Source: an uncultured Thermotogae bacterium (GTDB lineage: Bacteria > Bipolaricaulota > Bipolaricaulia > UBA7950 > UBA9294). Taken from it: a stretch of DNA of 64,000 nucleotides. This document shows positions 55,550-64,000 of the stretch, piece by piece. Position numbers and translations under genes: made by a program. Each line of letters opens with the position of its first letter. Position 1 is the stretch's first letter. The notes below the pieces were generated by a model, which saw only the letters and a program-made list of their open reading frames with translations, made no database searches and had not been told where the DNA came from. The stretch spans positions 2,401 through 66,400 of the forward strand of contig CAZKFV010000101.1 in assembly GCA_964552295.1 (NCBI GenBank). Direction: 5' to 3'.

Positions 55550-57513
55550 TCCTCTTCCGCCTTGGCTTGCGCAATGATCTTCTCTTGAAGATTCGCAGGA
55601 ACTTGTTGATACTTCAAAAATCTCATCTGGAAAGTAGCTCTTGCCTGCGTTAACGACTTAAGATCAAGAGCATAACTCTGCACTTCAATAAGCGGCACCT
55701 CGGCCTTAATGGTAGTTATCCGACCAAGCGGCTCCATTCCCAGTATACGTCCGCGCCTTCCGTTCAGATCGCTCACAATGTCGCCGGTGTGATCCTCGGG
55801 GACACGTACTTCAAGATGCATGATAGGCTCCAGAAGACACGGGCTAGCCTGGTCAAACGCCGCGCGAAAAGCATTGCGAGCCGCCAGCTTGAATGCCAAT
55901 TCTGACGAATCAACCGGATGAAAACTCCCATCAAAGACGGCCACGGAGATATTTGTTACTGGGTATTGAGCTAAGTTACCTTCCTCCATAGCCTCCAACA
56001 CACCTTTCTCCACACCGGGTATATATTGGCCGGGGATCGATGCTCCCTTGATCTCGTCGATAAATTTGTACTCTTCATCGGTTAGCGGCTCAACCCGTAG
56101 TACAACCTCGCCGAACTGACCACGTCCCCCAGACTGCTTCTTATGGCGATACTTCGCTTCCGCCTTCTTGCGAATTGTCTCTTTGTAAGGAATACGTGGC
56201 CGATGCGTCTCCAGCTCAACGTTATAACGGTTCTTAAGCCTGTCTATGAACACTGATAGGTGAACATCGCCCATTCCCCAGAACAGGGTCTCCTTCGTCA
56301 CGGGATCACGTTGCACGCTTATCGTTGCCTTCTCCGTGGATATCTCCTTCAGCGCACTGCTCATCTTCTCGACATCAGACTGACTCTTCGGAAGAATCAT
56401 ACGGGAATACACTGGCTGTGGAAATTCCGGCATTGCGAAAGCCTCTGCCCCTTCCTGAGCAGCAATGGTGGCACCTAATCCAATATCTTCAATTTTGCCT
56501 AATGCTACAGTGTCTCCCGCTACTGCCTGTGTTACACGCTTTTGCTTTACCCCATCGATCTGGTACAAATCGCGAATTTCAATCTTGTGTCCGCTTCCTG
56601 CTTCATAACAAGTGGCCCCTTCTTTGAGAGTCCCCTCAATAACCCTCACGTAGTTAAGGCGCCCCACATAAGGATCATTGTCCAAATTGAAGACAATTGC
56701 TCGCACTGGCACATTAGCCTTGACCTCTTGCTCCGGCAATACGTTAATCAAGGCCTCACTAAGCATATCGATTCCCTTATCCTCAGATGCAGAACCGCAA
56801 GAGACAGGCACGATCTTGCCACTTGTTACCCCTTTACCAAGGGCCGCTTTCACCTCATCTGGAGTAATCTCTTCTTCCTCCAGGAATTTCATCATCAGTT
56901 CATCATCAACCCCAGAGATCTCCTCCAGCATCAGGTTCCGCAGTTCATCTACCTTACCTCGTAAATCCGGCGGGACCTCTTTCTTTCCCTTGTCCATGAA
57001 GTAAAGAGCTTTGTTGGCGAGGATATCTACCATACCAACAAAAGTCCCTCCTTCACGAATCGGATACTGAAGCGGGACAAACTTGCCCCCAAATTGCTCC
57101 TCCAACAAGGACACCAGACCAGAGAAATCAACATCGGCGTGGTCCATGTGGTTCACAAAAACAGCTGTTGGCCGGTGAGCTCCGCCAGTCAGATCCCAGG
57201 CGCGTTCAGTCACCACTTCAATCCCCTTCTCGCCATTCAGTACAAGAACGGAAAGGTCAGCCACTGGAATGGCCTTGTACATCTCTTCCACAAATTCATC
57301 CCCGCCCGGGGTGTCGACAATAGCGACTCGCGTACCCTTTACATCAAATGATCCGATAGCCATATCAATCGAGTACCCGCGGTTCTTTTCCTCTGTGGAT
57401 GAATCGAGTGTAATTTGGTCCTTAACGCCACCCTTCTGCAAAAGTAAAGTGGCAAGGGTTGTCTTGCCAGAACCGGAATGTCCCACAAGACATATATTCC
57501 TCGCTTGCCCCAT
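55546..57513 (-). CDS. EF-G-like translational GTPase paralog with degenerate G motifs
   Basis: G1 GHSGSGKTT. G3 DTPGGDEF, where canonical factors have DTPGH.DF. G4 NHMD, where NKxD is expected. EF-G domain II-V-like remainder. 655 aa. SD GGGGGA. Confidence 0.8.
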   Translation of the reverse strand: MGQARNICLVGHSGSGKTTLATLLLQKGGVKDQITLDSSTEEKNRGYSIDMAIGSFDVKGTRVAIVDTPGGDEFVEEMYKAIPVADLSVLVLNGEKGIEVVTERAWDLTGGAHRPTAVFVNHMDHADVDFSGLVSLLEEQFGGKFVPLQYPIREGGTFVGMVDILANKALYFMDKGKKEVPPDLRGKVDELRNLMLEEISGVDDELMMKFLEEEEITPDEVKAALGKGVTSGKIVPVSCGSASEDKGIDMLSEALINVLPEQEVKANVPVRAIVFNLDNDPYVGRLNYVRVIEGTLKEGATCYEAGSGHKIEIRDLYQIDGVKQKRVTQAVAGDTVALGKIEDIGLGATIAAQEGAEAFAMPEFPQPVYSRMILPKSQSDVEKMSSALKEISTEKATISVQRDPVTKETLFWGMGDVHLSVFIDRLKNRYNVELETHRPRIPYKETIRKKAEAKYRHKKQSGGRGQFGEVVLRVEPLTDEEYKFIDEIKGASIPGQYIPGVEKGVLEAMEEGNLAQYPVTNISVAVFDGSFHPVDSSELAFKLAARNAFRAAFDQASPCLLEPIMHLEVRVPEDHTGDIVSDLNGRRGRILGMEPLGRITTIKAEVPLIEVQSYALDLKSLTQARATFQMRFLKYQQVPANLQEKIIAQAKAEEE

Positions 57514-57580
57514 TAGGTATCCCCCTTAAGCATAATTAATCTGAATTCCTGTGTAATTGCCTACAGGTGAACTCACAAGC

Positions 57581-57609
57581 AGTATACCAATGGTTGCGAA
57601 CAATAGCAA
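57581..57609 (-). promoter_or_regulatory. possible extended -10 promoter for the EF-G-like operon
   Basis: Minus strand: TTGCTA (57609-57604), a 17-nt spacer, then TGgTATACT (-10 at 57586-57581). Confidence 0.4.
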
Positions 57610-57793
57610 CACACCTCGCCGTCAGGGGTTGCGGCAACTTATGCGGAAGTTTATCCTTAATTATGGGCTTGCCATGGCAGGTAATTGGCTATTGTACCAT
57701 CCAATGCGATAACACATTGGTGGTAAATTCTCATCACTGTTATCGAGTATTTCGTAAGACTGTTGCGATCCCTTTACCAAGTAGGAGGTAACG

Positions 57794-59398
57794 ATGACCA
57801 TCAAACTGCTATTGGGCAACGAAGCCCTAGCACAGGGCGCACTGGATGCTGGACTCTCCGGCGCTTATGCGTATCCAGGAACACCATCAACCGAGATTAC
57901 TGAATACATACAGCAGAGCCAACAGGCAAAGCAAGATAATGTTCATAGCCGCTGGTCCACAAATGAGAAAGTTGCCCTGGAAGAAGCTATTGGAATGAGC
58001 TATGCGGGCAAGCGTGCCATGGCGAGTATGAAGCACGTGGGGTTAAATGTAGCTGCTGATCCATTCATCAACGCAGCGATAGCGGGCGCAAACGGTGGCC
58101 TGCTGATCAACGTAGCTGATGATCCATCAATGCACTCCTCACAGAATGAACAGGATTCTAGGCTGTATGGCGACCTCGCTTTTGTGCCATGCTTAGAACC
58201 TTCAAGCCAACAAGAGGCCTATGATGCACCATCATACGCGTTCGAGCTCTCTGAAAGAATGAATATGCCTGTACTTATCAGGTTAACAACACGGCTTGCG
58301 CACTCGCGCTCAAAAGTCAAGCTACGTGTGGCGGAGGACAAAAACAGACTTGACCCTCCTACAGACCGTAATCAGTACATATTGCTTCCAATAAACGCGC
58401 GTAAGGCTTATCGAAACCTAATTGATAGTCAGCCAAAGCTGCTGGAAGAAAGCGAGAACAGTACTTTCAATAGATATCAAGATGCGCCTGACAAGAAGCT
58501 GGGAATCATCGCTAGCGGTATTGCTTACAACTATGTTCAAGAGGTTTACAACGGCTCTTGTCCCCATCCTCTCCTTAAGATATCGCAATATCCTATACCT
58601 TCGAAACAGGTCAGGCACCTGATCGATGACTGTGATGAAATAGTGATATTTGAGGAAGGATACCCCTTCATCGAGGGCAAGCTACGCGGCATTCTTGGAG
58701 ACAGGGACAATGTAATACACGGAAGGCTTGACGGCAGTATACCCAGAACCGGCGAGCTTAACCCTGGTATTGTTGGAAAAGCACTTGGTCTTGAAGCAGA
58801 ACTCTTTTTTTCGCAGCCAGATATCCTTGTAGCCCGGCCTCCAGCCCTATGCCCGGGATGTCCCCATGCTGATACTTACTTAGCGCTAAATGCCGTAATG
58901 GAGAACTACCCTCACGGCCGTGTGTTCTCGGACATAGGTTGCTATACCCTGGGAGCGCTTCCACCATACGAGTCAATTGACACTTGCATAGAAATGGGAG
59001 CATCCATCACAATGGCCAAGGGAGCATCCGATGCTGGCCTTGCTCCAGCAGTGGCTGTGATCGGCGACTCTACCTTTACTCATTCAGGCATGACCGGCCT
59101 TCTAGACTGCATAAGCGAGAATGTGCCGGTGACTGTAATCATCCTCGACAACCTCACTGTAGCTATGACCGGTGGACAAGAGTCGAACGCTACCAATCGG
59201 CTTGCTTCGATTTGTCAGGGCCTTGGAATAGATGAAAAACACATCGTGACAATTATACCTATTCCTAAGAACCACAAAGAAAATATCTCAGTAATTACAA
59301 ATGAAATAGCTTATCAAGGAACATCTGTAATTATAGCCAAGAGAGAGTGCGTACAGACGCTGGGGCGCCATATCCACAAAGGAGGTAATAAGAAGTGA
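57794..59398 (+). CDS. iorA: indolepyruvate:ferredoxin oxidoreductase alpha subunit
   Basis: The N-terminus MTIKLLLGNEALAQGALDAGLSGAYAYPGTPSTEI, CPGCPH, and the TPP block GDSTFTHSG. SD AGGAGG. Confidence 0.85.
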   Translation: MTIKLLLGNEALAQGALDAGLSGAYAYPGTPSTEITEYIQQSQQAKQDNVHSRWSTNEKVALEEAIGMSYAGKRAMASMKHVGLNVAADPFINAAIAGANGGLLINVADDPSMHSSQNEQDSRLYGDLAFVPCLEPSSQQEAYDAPSYAFELSERMNMPVLIRLTTRLAHSRSKVKLRVAEDKNRLDPPTDRNQYILLPINARKAYRNLIDSQPKLLEESENSTFNRYQDAPDKKLGIIASGIAYNYVQEVYNGSCPHPLLKISQYPIPSKQVRHLIDDCDEIVIFEEGYPFIEGKLRGILGDRDNVIHGRLDGSIPRTGELNPGIVGKALGLEAELFFSQPDILVARPPALCPGCPHADTYLALNAVMENYPHGRVFSDIGCYTLGALPPYESIDTCIEMGASITMAKGASDAGLAPAVAVIGDSTFTHSGMTGLLDCISENVPVTVIILDNLTVAMTGGQESNATNRLASICQGLGIDEKHIVTIIPIPKNHKENISVITNEIAYQGTSVIIAKRECVQTLGRHIHKGGNKK

Positions 59399-59979
59399 AG
59401 AAAGACATCATTTTGGCAGGCGTAGGGGGACAGGGACTGCTTTCCATAGCCGCGGTGATCGGTGAGGCTGCGCTACAAACAGGGATTTTCATCAAGCAGT
59501 CCGAGGTTCATGGAATGGCTCAGCGCGGTGGGGTTGTACAAAGCCATGTGCGCTTAAGCGATCATATTATTTACTCTAATTTAATACAGAAGGGGACATG
59601 CGACCTAATCCTAGCCACGGAGCCACTGGAATCGTTGCGACACCTGGAGTTCCTAAGGGAGACCGGGATGCTTGTAACTAACTGCGTTCCATTCAGAAAT
59701 ATCGATACCTACCCCAACGAGTATAAGATCAACGAGAGTATCAAGGCCATAGAACACCATCTATTAGTAGACGCCGTAGCTCTGGCCAAGGAAGCCAGAT
59801 CTTCTCTCTGCGCGAACATGGTGGTTCTAGGCGCGGGGTCACCGTTTATTGGCCTCGATGAATCTGTTCTTCGTGACGCTATAGAGAACATCTTTTCTAA
59901 GAAAGGCTCAAAAATAGTCGAGATCAATTTGGCGGCGTTCACTGCGGGTAGAAACGAAGTTCATACAGCAACAGAATGA
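59395..59979 (+). CDS. iorB: indolepyruvate:ferredoxin oxidoreductase beta subunit
   Basis: ILAGVGGQGLL...SEVHGMAQRGG is typical of the IorB/gamma-type subunit. 4-nt overlap with iorA. Confidence 0.85.
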   Translation: MKKDIILAGVGGQGLLSIAAVIGEAALQTGIFIKQSEVHGMAQRGGVVQSHVRLSDHIIYSNLIQKGTCDLILATEPLESLRHLEFLRETGMLVTNCVPFRNIDTYPNEYKINESIKAIEHHLLVDAVALAKEARSSLCANMVVLGAGSPFIGLDESVLRDAIENIFSKKGSKIVEINLAAFTAGRNEVHTATE

Positions 59980-59980
59980 A

Positions 59981-60298
59981 TCAAGCAAGCTTACCACCAT
60001 GCCTATACGGGCGCGTTTCATTGTAGTTCATTTTCGCTCTGAGAGCGCCTTCGATATCCAGGTCATGACGCCCAGCAAAATCGAGCAGACGGATCACGAC
60101 ATCAGCAAGCTCTTCTTCCATCTGAGAGAACCCTGGTGTCTTAAGGCTCTGAGGGTTTCCACTGCGGTAAGCCTCCATTACCTCGGATAACTCCGTTACC
60201 ATTAGCATTAGAATCTCACCGACCGAGCGAGGGCGATCCCACCATCCATGCTCGACCGCAGTCCGGTGTACCTCCCTCTGTACTTGACTGATCTCCAT
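59981..60298 (-). CDS. MazG-like nucleotide pyrophosphohydrolase
   Basis: Four-helix MazG pattern: LMVTELSEVMEAYR and EEELADVVIRLLD. Confidence 0.7.
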   Translation of the reverse strand: MEISQVQREVHRTAVEHGWWDRPRSVGEILMLMVTELSEVMEAYRSGNPQSLKTPGFSQMEEELADVVIRLLDFAGRHDLDIEGALRAKMNYNETRPYRHGGKLA

Positions 60299-60407
60299 TA
60301 TCTATTCTCCTTGTTACTTGTTCACACTAAGGTACCATCTATAAGAAGCTTGTCAACCGTTCATATTGGTGCTACGCTGATGCGATACATGTACGAAGGA
60401 GGATAGC

Positions 60408-61316
60408 ATGAGAATAATTAAGTTATTAGGCATAGTGCTACTTGAAGCTGCCCTTGTGATCAGCCTCGGATTGGTGACTGCAGCAGATGATTCAGACAGG
60501 AATGTGCTACGAGTTGGCATCTTCGCTGACCTGCACGCACACGATACAGATTCGCCCGTTGAAGGCAAGACAATGACCAGCTATAAGGAGAGATTAGAAG
60601 CATGCGTTGAAGCATTTAACGATTGGCCAGCAGATCTTGTCATCCAGCTCGGTGACTTTGTAAACGGTAATTACGTAATGGGAGTACCTCTGGGAGATCC
60701 AGCGCGCATAGTAAGTATTCTTGACGAGGCGGAAGCAATCTACGCCAAAGTTGCTGCCCCGCGCTATTACTTGCTGGGAAACCACGACGTTTACGACCTC
60801 TCCAAGGAAGAATTCATCGCTCACACGCAAGCCAGTTCAACGTTTGGAAGCTTCGATGCCGGCGCGTACCACTTTGTGATTCTTGACGCCCAGTACGACA
60901 AACATGGCGAAGACCTAGGACACGAGTTTTGGGTGGTTCAAGGAAATATACCGCAGCCCCAAATCGATTGGCTGGAAAGCGATCTTGCCTCAACTGACAA
61001 ACCGACGATCGTGTGTGTTCATCAACGCCTCGATGTCGACGAAGACCTCCTATCTGGTGGCGGACCGGAAATCATACATAACAAGGAAGTACAGAAGGTT
61101 TTGGAAGACTCCGGCGTAGTAATAGCCGTTTTTCAAGGCCACGACCACGAGAATGCCCACAACATAATAAACGGCATCCACTATATAGAATTTGACCAAT
61201 TAGCAGATGAGGATGGAAGCGCCCCCTCTTGGGCATACGTAACCCTCGACCCAGTGGGCCGCGTCATTACAATAGTAGGGGCAGGAGACCAGGCTAATTG
61301 GGAACTGGCCTACTAA
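60408..61316 (+). CDS. secreted/membrane-anchored calcineurin-like metallophosphoesterase
   Basis: Signal LLGIVLLEAALVISLGLVTA. Motifs FADLH, GDFVNG, GNHD and GHDHEN. Confidence 0.75.
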   Translation: MRIIKLLGIVLLEAALVISLGLVTAADDSDRNVLRVGIFADLHAHDTDSPVEGKTMTSYKERLEACVEAFNDWPADLVIQLGDFVNGNYVMGVPLGDPARIVSILDEAEAIYAKVAAPRYYLLGNHDVYDLSKEEFIAHTQASSTFGSFDAGAYHFVILDAQYDKHGEDLGHEFWVVQGNIPQPQIDWLESDLASTDKPTIVCVHQRLDVDEDLLSGGGPEIIHNKEVQKVLEDSGVVIAVFQGHDHENAHNIINGIHYIEFDQLADEDGSAPSWAYVTLDPVGRVITIVGAGDQANWELAY

Positions 61317-61323
61317 GGAAATC

Positions 61324-61620
61324 ATGATCGTTGACTTCACAATTTCACCAATCGGCGTTGGCGAATCTCTAAGCTCTTATGTCGCGGATATGTTCAAGAT
61401 AATCGAGCGTAGCGGACTTCCCCACGAGCAACATTCCATGGGAACCAACATCGAAGGAAACTGGGATGAAGTAATGAGCGTGATCAAGGAATGCCGAGAT
61501 CGAATGCTTGAGCGAGCAAATCGAATATCTATTTCCATTAAGATCGACGAACGAAAGGGCATTAAAAAAGGAATAGATAAGAAGGTTGCCTCCGCAAAAG
61601 CCAAGCTTGCGGAGAAGTAA
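61324..61620 (+). CDS. MTH1187/YkoF-family (thiamine-binding, DUF77) protein
   Basis: MIVDFTISPIGVGESLSSYVA...HSMGTNIEG is the characteristic pattern. Confidence 0.75.
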   Translation: MIVDFTISPIGVGESLSSYVADMFKIIERSGLPHEQHSMGTNIEGNWDEVMSVIKECRDRMLERANRISISIKIDERKGIKKGIDKKVASAKAKLAEK

Positions 61621-61633
61621 CCAAGCTTTTTTT
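61603..61633 (+). terminator. intrinsic terminator
   Basis: aagcttg (61603-61609) pairs with caagctt (61622-61628). The 12-nt loop contains the stop codon. The T-run 61627-61633 begins inside the 3' stem arm and extends 5 nt past it. Confidence 0.65.
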
Positions 61634-61877
61634 GCATCAAGCTTGCCCGTGCTCACCTATTTGAGCAACGTCTTCAAGTGATCTAGATCTGCCTAAGGCA
61701 CTTACGCCACCTCCGCGCTGCACTCTGGAGGAGTACCTTGGGGCCTTCGAGGTCACTGTTTCAGTGCTGTAAAGTGAGAGCGCACTCGAACGAGCAGCCT
61801 GTTAACTATGCGAGGATGCGACAAAAGTGCCGCCGAATAAGGGTTATATTTTCTCGTCTCATTTTTGGGTGTCATCT

Positions 61878-62636
61878 ATGGCTTTTCCAGCTCAAACTGC
61901 ACGCGCGGAGTTGAAAACGGTGCGGGTCCTGATGATTGGTTTCAATCCAGTCGTCCGGGAGGGACTGCGGGCGATCCTGGCTATGGATTATGGGATTGAA
62001 CTGATTCCGGATGTTACGGATGCGGATCAAGCTCTTCTGCAGTTAAAACAGGCATCTGACCAGGGACGTCCTGTCGACGTCATGTTGACCGAGGCGCGGA
62101 CCAGCACCTTGGATGGCATCCAGACAACGAGGCTTATCAAGGAGCAATTCCCGGAGGTAGCTGTCCTAGTGCTGACGGAGAACATCAACGATTCTTATGT
62201 CGTTGACGCCATCCACGCGGGTGCGGGGGGATACATCTTCCTCAAGGACATGGCTCCTGAAGAGTTGCTTCAAGGCATCCGGCGTGTAGTTATGGGCGGC
62301 ATGCAGATAAAGAGGGAATTGTTGCACACTGCCGTGGAGAATCTGATGCAAAACGGCAGGAAGACGCTTGCCGAGCGTACGACTGAGGCGGCTCACCTCA
62401 CCGAGAGAGAAGTTGATGTGCTCAGGCTCTTGGGGCACGGAGACTCGAACAACGCAATTTTCGCAACCCTGGGTATCACCCTGGACACGACCAAAAAACA
62501 CGTCCGAAACGTTATCCGCAAGTTGCAGGCACGCAGCCGCACCCATGCGGCTATTATCGCGGCCCAAGCAGGTATCGTGGGCAATCCTGTCTCTCCTGTC
62601 GTTGAGGCACAATCTGAGCCGGGGTCAGTTATCTGA
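61878..62636 (+). CDS. LuxR/NarL-family regulator with atypical (pseudo-)receiver domain
   Basis: The C-terminal HTH is TEREVDVLRLLGHGDSNNAIFATLGITLDTTKKHVRNV. The REC-like N-half lacks the acidic pair (MIGFNP) and has Glu at the phospho-acceptor position (VDVMLTEA). The start is uncertain (ATG 61878 or GTG 61827). Confidence 0.8.
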   Translation: MAFPAQTARAELKTVRVLMIGFNPVVREGLRAILAMDYGIELIPDVTDADQALLQLKQASDQGRPVDVMLTEARTSTLDGIQTTRLIKEQFPEVAVLVLTENINDSYVVDAIHAGAGGYIFLKDMAPEELLQGIRRVVMGGMQIKRELLHTAVENLMQNGRKTLAERTTEAAHLTEREVDVLRLLGHGDSNNAIFATLGITLDTTKKHVRNVIRKLQARSRTHAAIIAAQAGIVGNPVSPVVEAQSEPGSVI

Positions 62637-62885
62637 AAGATTCCCCTATATTGTCAGGCGCGATAACGACCCCCGTCTACCAGTCCACTACTTCTAACTT
62701 GGTATTAGCTTTCTTTGGCCGCATGCTAGTTTTACCTTGAGCTTATCCGCCTCAATATCCGGCAGGTCCTCAGCTATTTCAAGTAACATTTCATTTTGTG
62801 TGATCAAACAAAATAAGTGCTTGTTGCATGAAACATACGCATCACGGAGTATTTTGACTCATCTCAATCTAAGAAATAATTTAAA

Positions 62886-62948
62886 GGTCTTAGTTCTGTC
62901 TACCATACAGTACCGCCCACTGAGTGTACGGTAAGCAGAACTAAGACC
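62886..62948 (-). terminator. long hairpin downstream of the GH130 gene (probable terminator)
   Basis: A 13-bp stem, ggtcttagttctg (62886-62898) with cagaactaagacc (62936-62948). On the minus strand it is followed by TTTAAATTATTTCTT. Confidence 0.5.
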
Positions 62949-62980
62949 CTCTCTTTTAAGCCCCCGTTTATGGGCAAGTG

Positions 62981-63913
62981 TCATTCAAGCCATTTCAGAA
63001 TGGCTTGAATGCTGCCGGTAGCAAGAGCAATGCTTGTATCCGCCGCTCCGTAATATAGGTGAATCGTGTCTCCATCGGCGGCGACGGTGTAGCCGCACGG
63101 AAAAACGACGTTGTCGACATCCCCGCGCCGCTCGTAAGGTTGTTCCGGACCAAATATCCATTCATCGCTGCGTTTGAGGCAAATCTCTGGAGTATGCAAA
63201 TCAAACAAAGCCAGGCCGAGCCGGTAAATTGAGCCGGCTACGTTTGGTCGCACGCCGTGGAAAATCACCAGCCATCCTTTAACAGTTTCGATAGGCGGAC
63301 AGTTGAGCCCGACTTTATTCGCGTCCCACCATCCTCCCCGCCGGGCTTCCAGCATTATCTTGTGACTACCCCAATGCCGCAAGTCTGGTGAGTAGGACAG
63401 CCACATATGCGCCCCCGATCCACTGACTGGGCGATGGATCAATACCCAATGGTCGCCAATTCGATGTGGAAACAAAGCAGCATCCTTATCCTCCGGCGCC
63501 ATAATCATGCCATAACGTTCGAAGGTATAGAAATCATCTGTAAGCGCAAGCGCCACCCCTGGGCCGCTACTGGAGAAGGCGGTATAAACGACAGCATACC
63601 TTTTTATTTCAGGGGCATAGGTGATGCGCGGGTCTTCAATACCCCACAGTTCTTCAGGGAAGTTATCTGCATCAGGCATAAGAGTAGGCTGTCTATCAAT
63701 TTCCCAGCCATCTATACCATTAGCGGAGCGGGCAGCGCACAAGTGCGAAAGTCCGCTGCGATCTTCGACACGACACAGCAGCAGGGTGGTTCCGTCATGT
63801 AGCAACGTTGCACCGGGATTGAACACGCTATTGACCGGATAAGGCCAATCGGCCGCGGTCAGTATGGGATTGTGTTGATGACGTTTGAAAAGTTCAAGGT
63901 GTTGATTAGTCAT
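62981..63913 (-). CDS. GH130-family glycoside phosphorylase/hydrolase
   Basis: NPILTAADWPYPVNSVFNPGA, WGIEDPRITY, YTAFS and YYGAADT blocks are typical of the GH130 five-bladed propeller. Confidence 0.8.
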   Translation of the reverse strand: MTNQHLELFKRHQHNPILTAADWPYPVNSVFNPGATLLHDGTTLLLCRVEDRSGLSHLCAARSANGIDGWEIDRQPTLMPDADNFPEELWGIEDPRITYAPEIKRYAVVYTAFSSSGPGVALALTDDFYTFERYGMIMAPEDKDAALFPHRIGDHWVLIHRPVSGSGAHMWLSYSPDLRHWGSHKIMLEARRGGWWDANKVGLNCPPIETVKGWLVIFHGVRPNVAGSIYRLGLALFDLHTPEICLKRSDEWIFGPEQPYERRGDVDNVVFPCGYTVAADGDTIHLYYGAADTSIALATGSIQAILKWLE

Positions 63914-64000
63914 TAGCTTTGGTCCTGCAGGGCAATAAAAGTCTCAGCTAGACGGAGTTCCAGCAGCGCCTGGAGAAAGGCCAGTGTCGATTCTGCGCCC
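63913..64000 (-). CDS. 3' end of an unidentified gene (begins beyond window)
   Basis: The frame is open from the window edge: ...GAESTLAFLQALLELRLAETFIALQDQS. Its stop TAA (63915-63913) shares one base with the GH130 ATG. Confidence 0.35.
   Translation of the reverse strand, partial: GAESTLAFLQALLELRLAETFIALQDQS

Noticed and set aside
56000-57513. The literal string GGDEF in the EF-G-like protein (VDTPGGDEFVEEM).
   Set aside because: It lies in the G3/switch II position of a translational-GTPase fold and is not in a GGDEF domain. It is a coincidental match and gives no evidence for diguanylate cyclase activity.
1-64000. Looked for tRNA, rRNA, CRISPR arrays, IS elements/transposases, integrases and phage genes.
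   Set aside because: No T-arm consensus (GGTTCGAATCC-like) occurs in any intergenic gap. I saw no regularly spaced direct repeats and no DDE/tyrosine-recombinase-like ORFs. This was a visual scan only, so short or degenerate elements could have been missed.

Overview
This 64-kb window is a tightly packed bacterial chromosomal segment with about 62 protein-coding genes. Many genes are chained by 1-17 nt start/stop overlaps, and GTG/TTG starts are common. I recognised no rRNA, tRNA, CRISPR array, transposase, integrase or phage gene. The taxon cannot be fixed from the sequence. The AbrB-PhoU fusion, NosD-like beta-helix proteins and PKD-rich surface proteins are reminiscent of Chloroflexota or candidate-phylum genomes, but that is inference only.

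Most of the content is housekeeping:
- Replication and repair: dnaN, recO.
- Translation: alaS 3' end, aspS, serS, rplM, rpsA, era, smpB.
- Nucleotide kinases: tmk, gmk, cmk.
- Lipid and isoprenoid synthesis: fabF, acpS, plsC, ispE.
- Other: lspA, hup, deoC, hutH/hutI, iorAB and a livHMGF + binding-protein transporter.

The accessory or unusual content is:
1. A four-gene secreted-protein operon (16.7-22.7 kb) built from vWA, PKD and two repeated modules I cannot assign to a named family. It converges on a five-gene MoxR/DUF58/DUF4129 membrane operon (12.4-16.6 kb).
2. An ABC-ATPase / NosD-like beta-helix / ABC-2 permease module translationally coupled to serS (49.7-53.3 kb), with a second NosD-like paralog at 7.3 kb.
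3. An EF-G paralog with degenerate GTPase motifs, in an operon with CBS and YjbQ proteins.
4. A 1.7-kb AT-rich gene-poor gap (41.0-42.7 kb) holding a probably decayed beta-barrel-like gene and a pair of interleaved 13-bp inverted repeats.
5. An orphan ATP-synthase-epsilon-like gene coupled to fabF.
6. A LuxR-type regulator with a non-phosphorylatable receiver next to a GH130 gene.

All functional calls come from motif recognition by eye. No database search was run.
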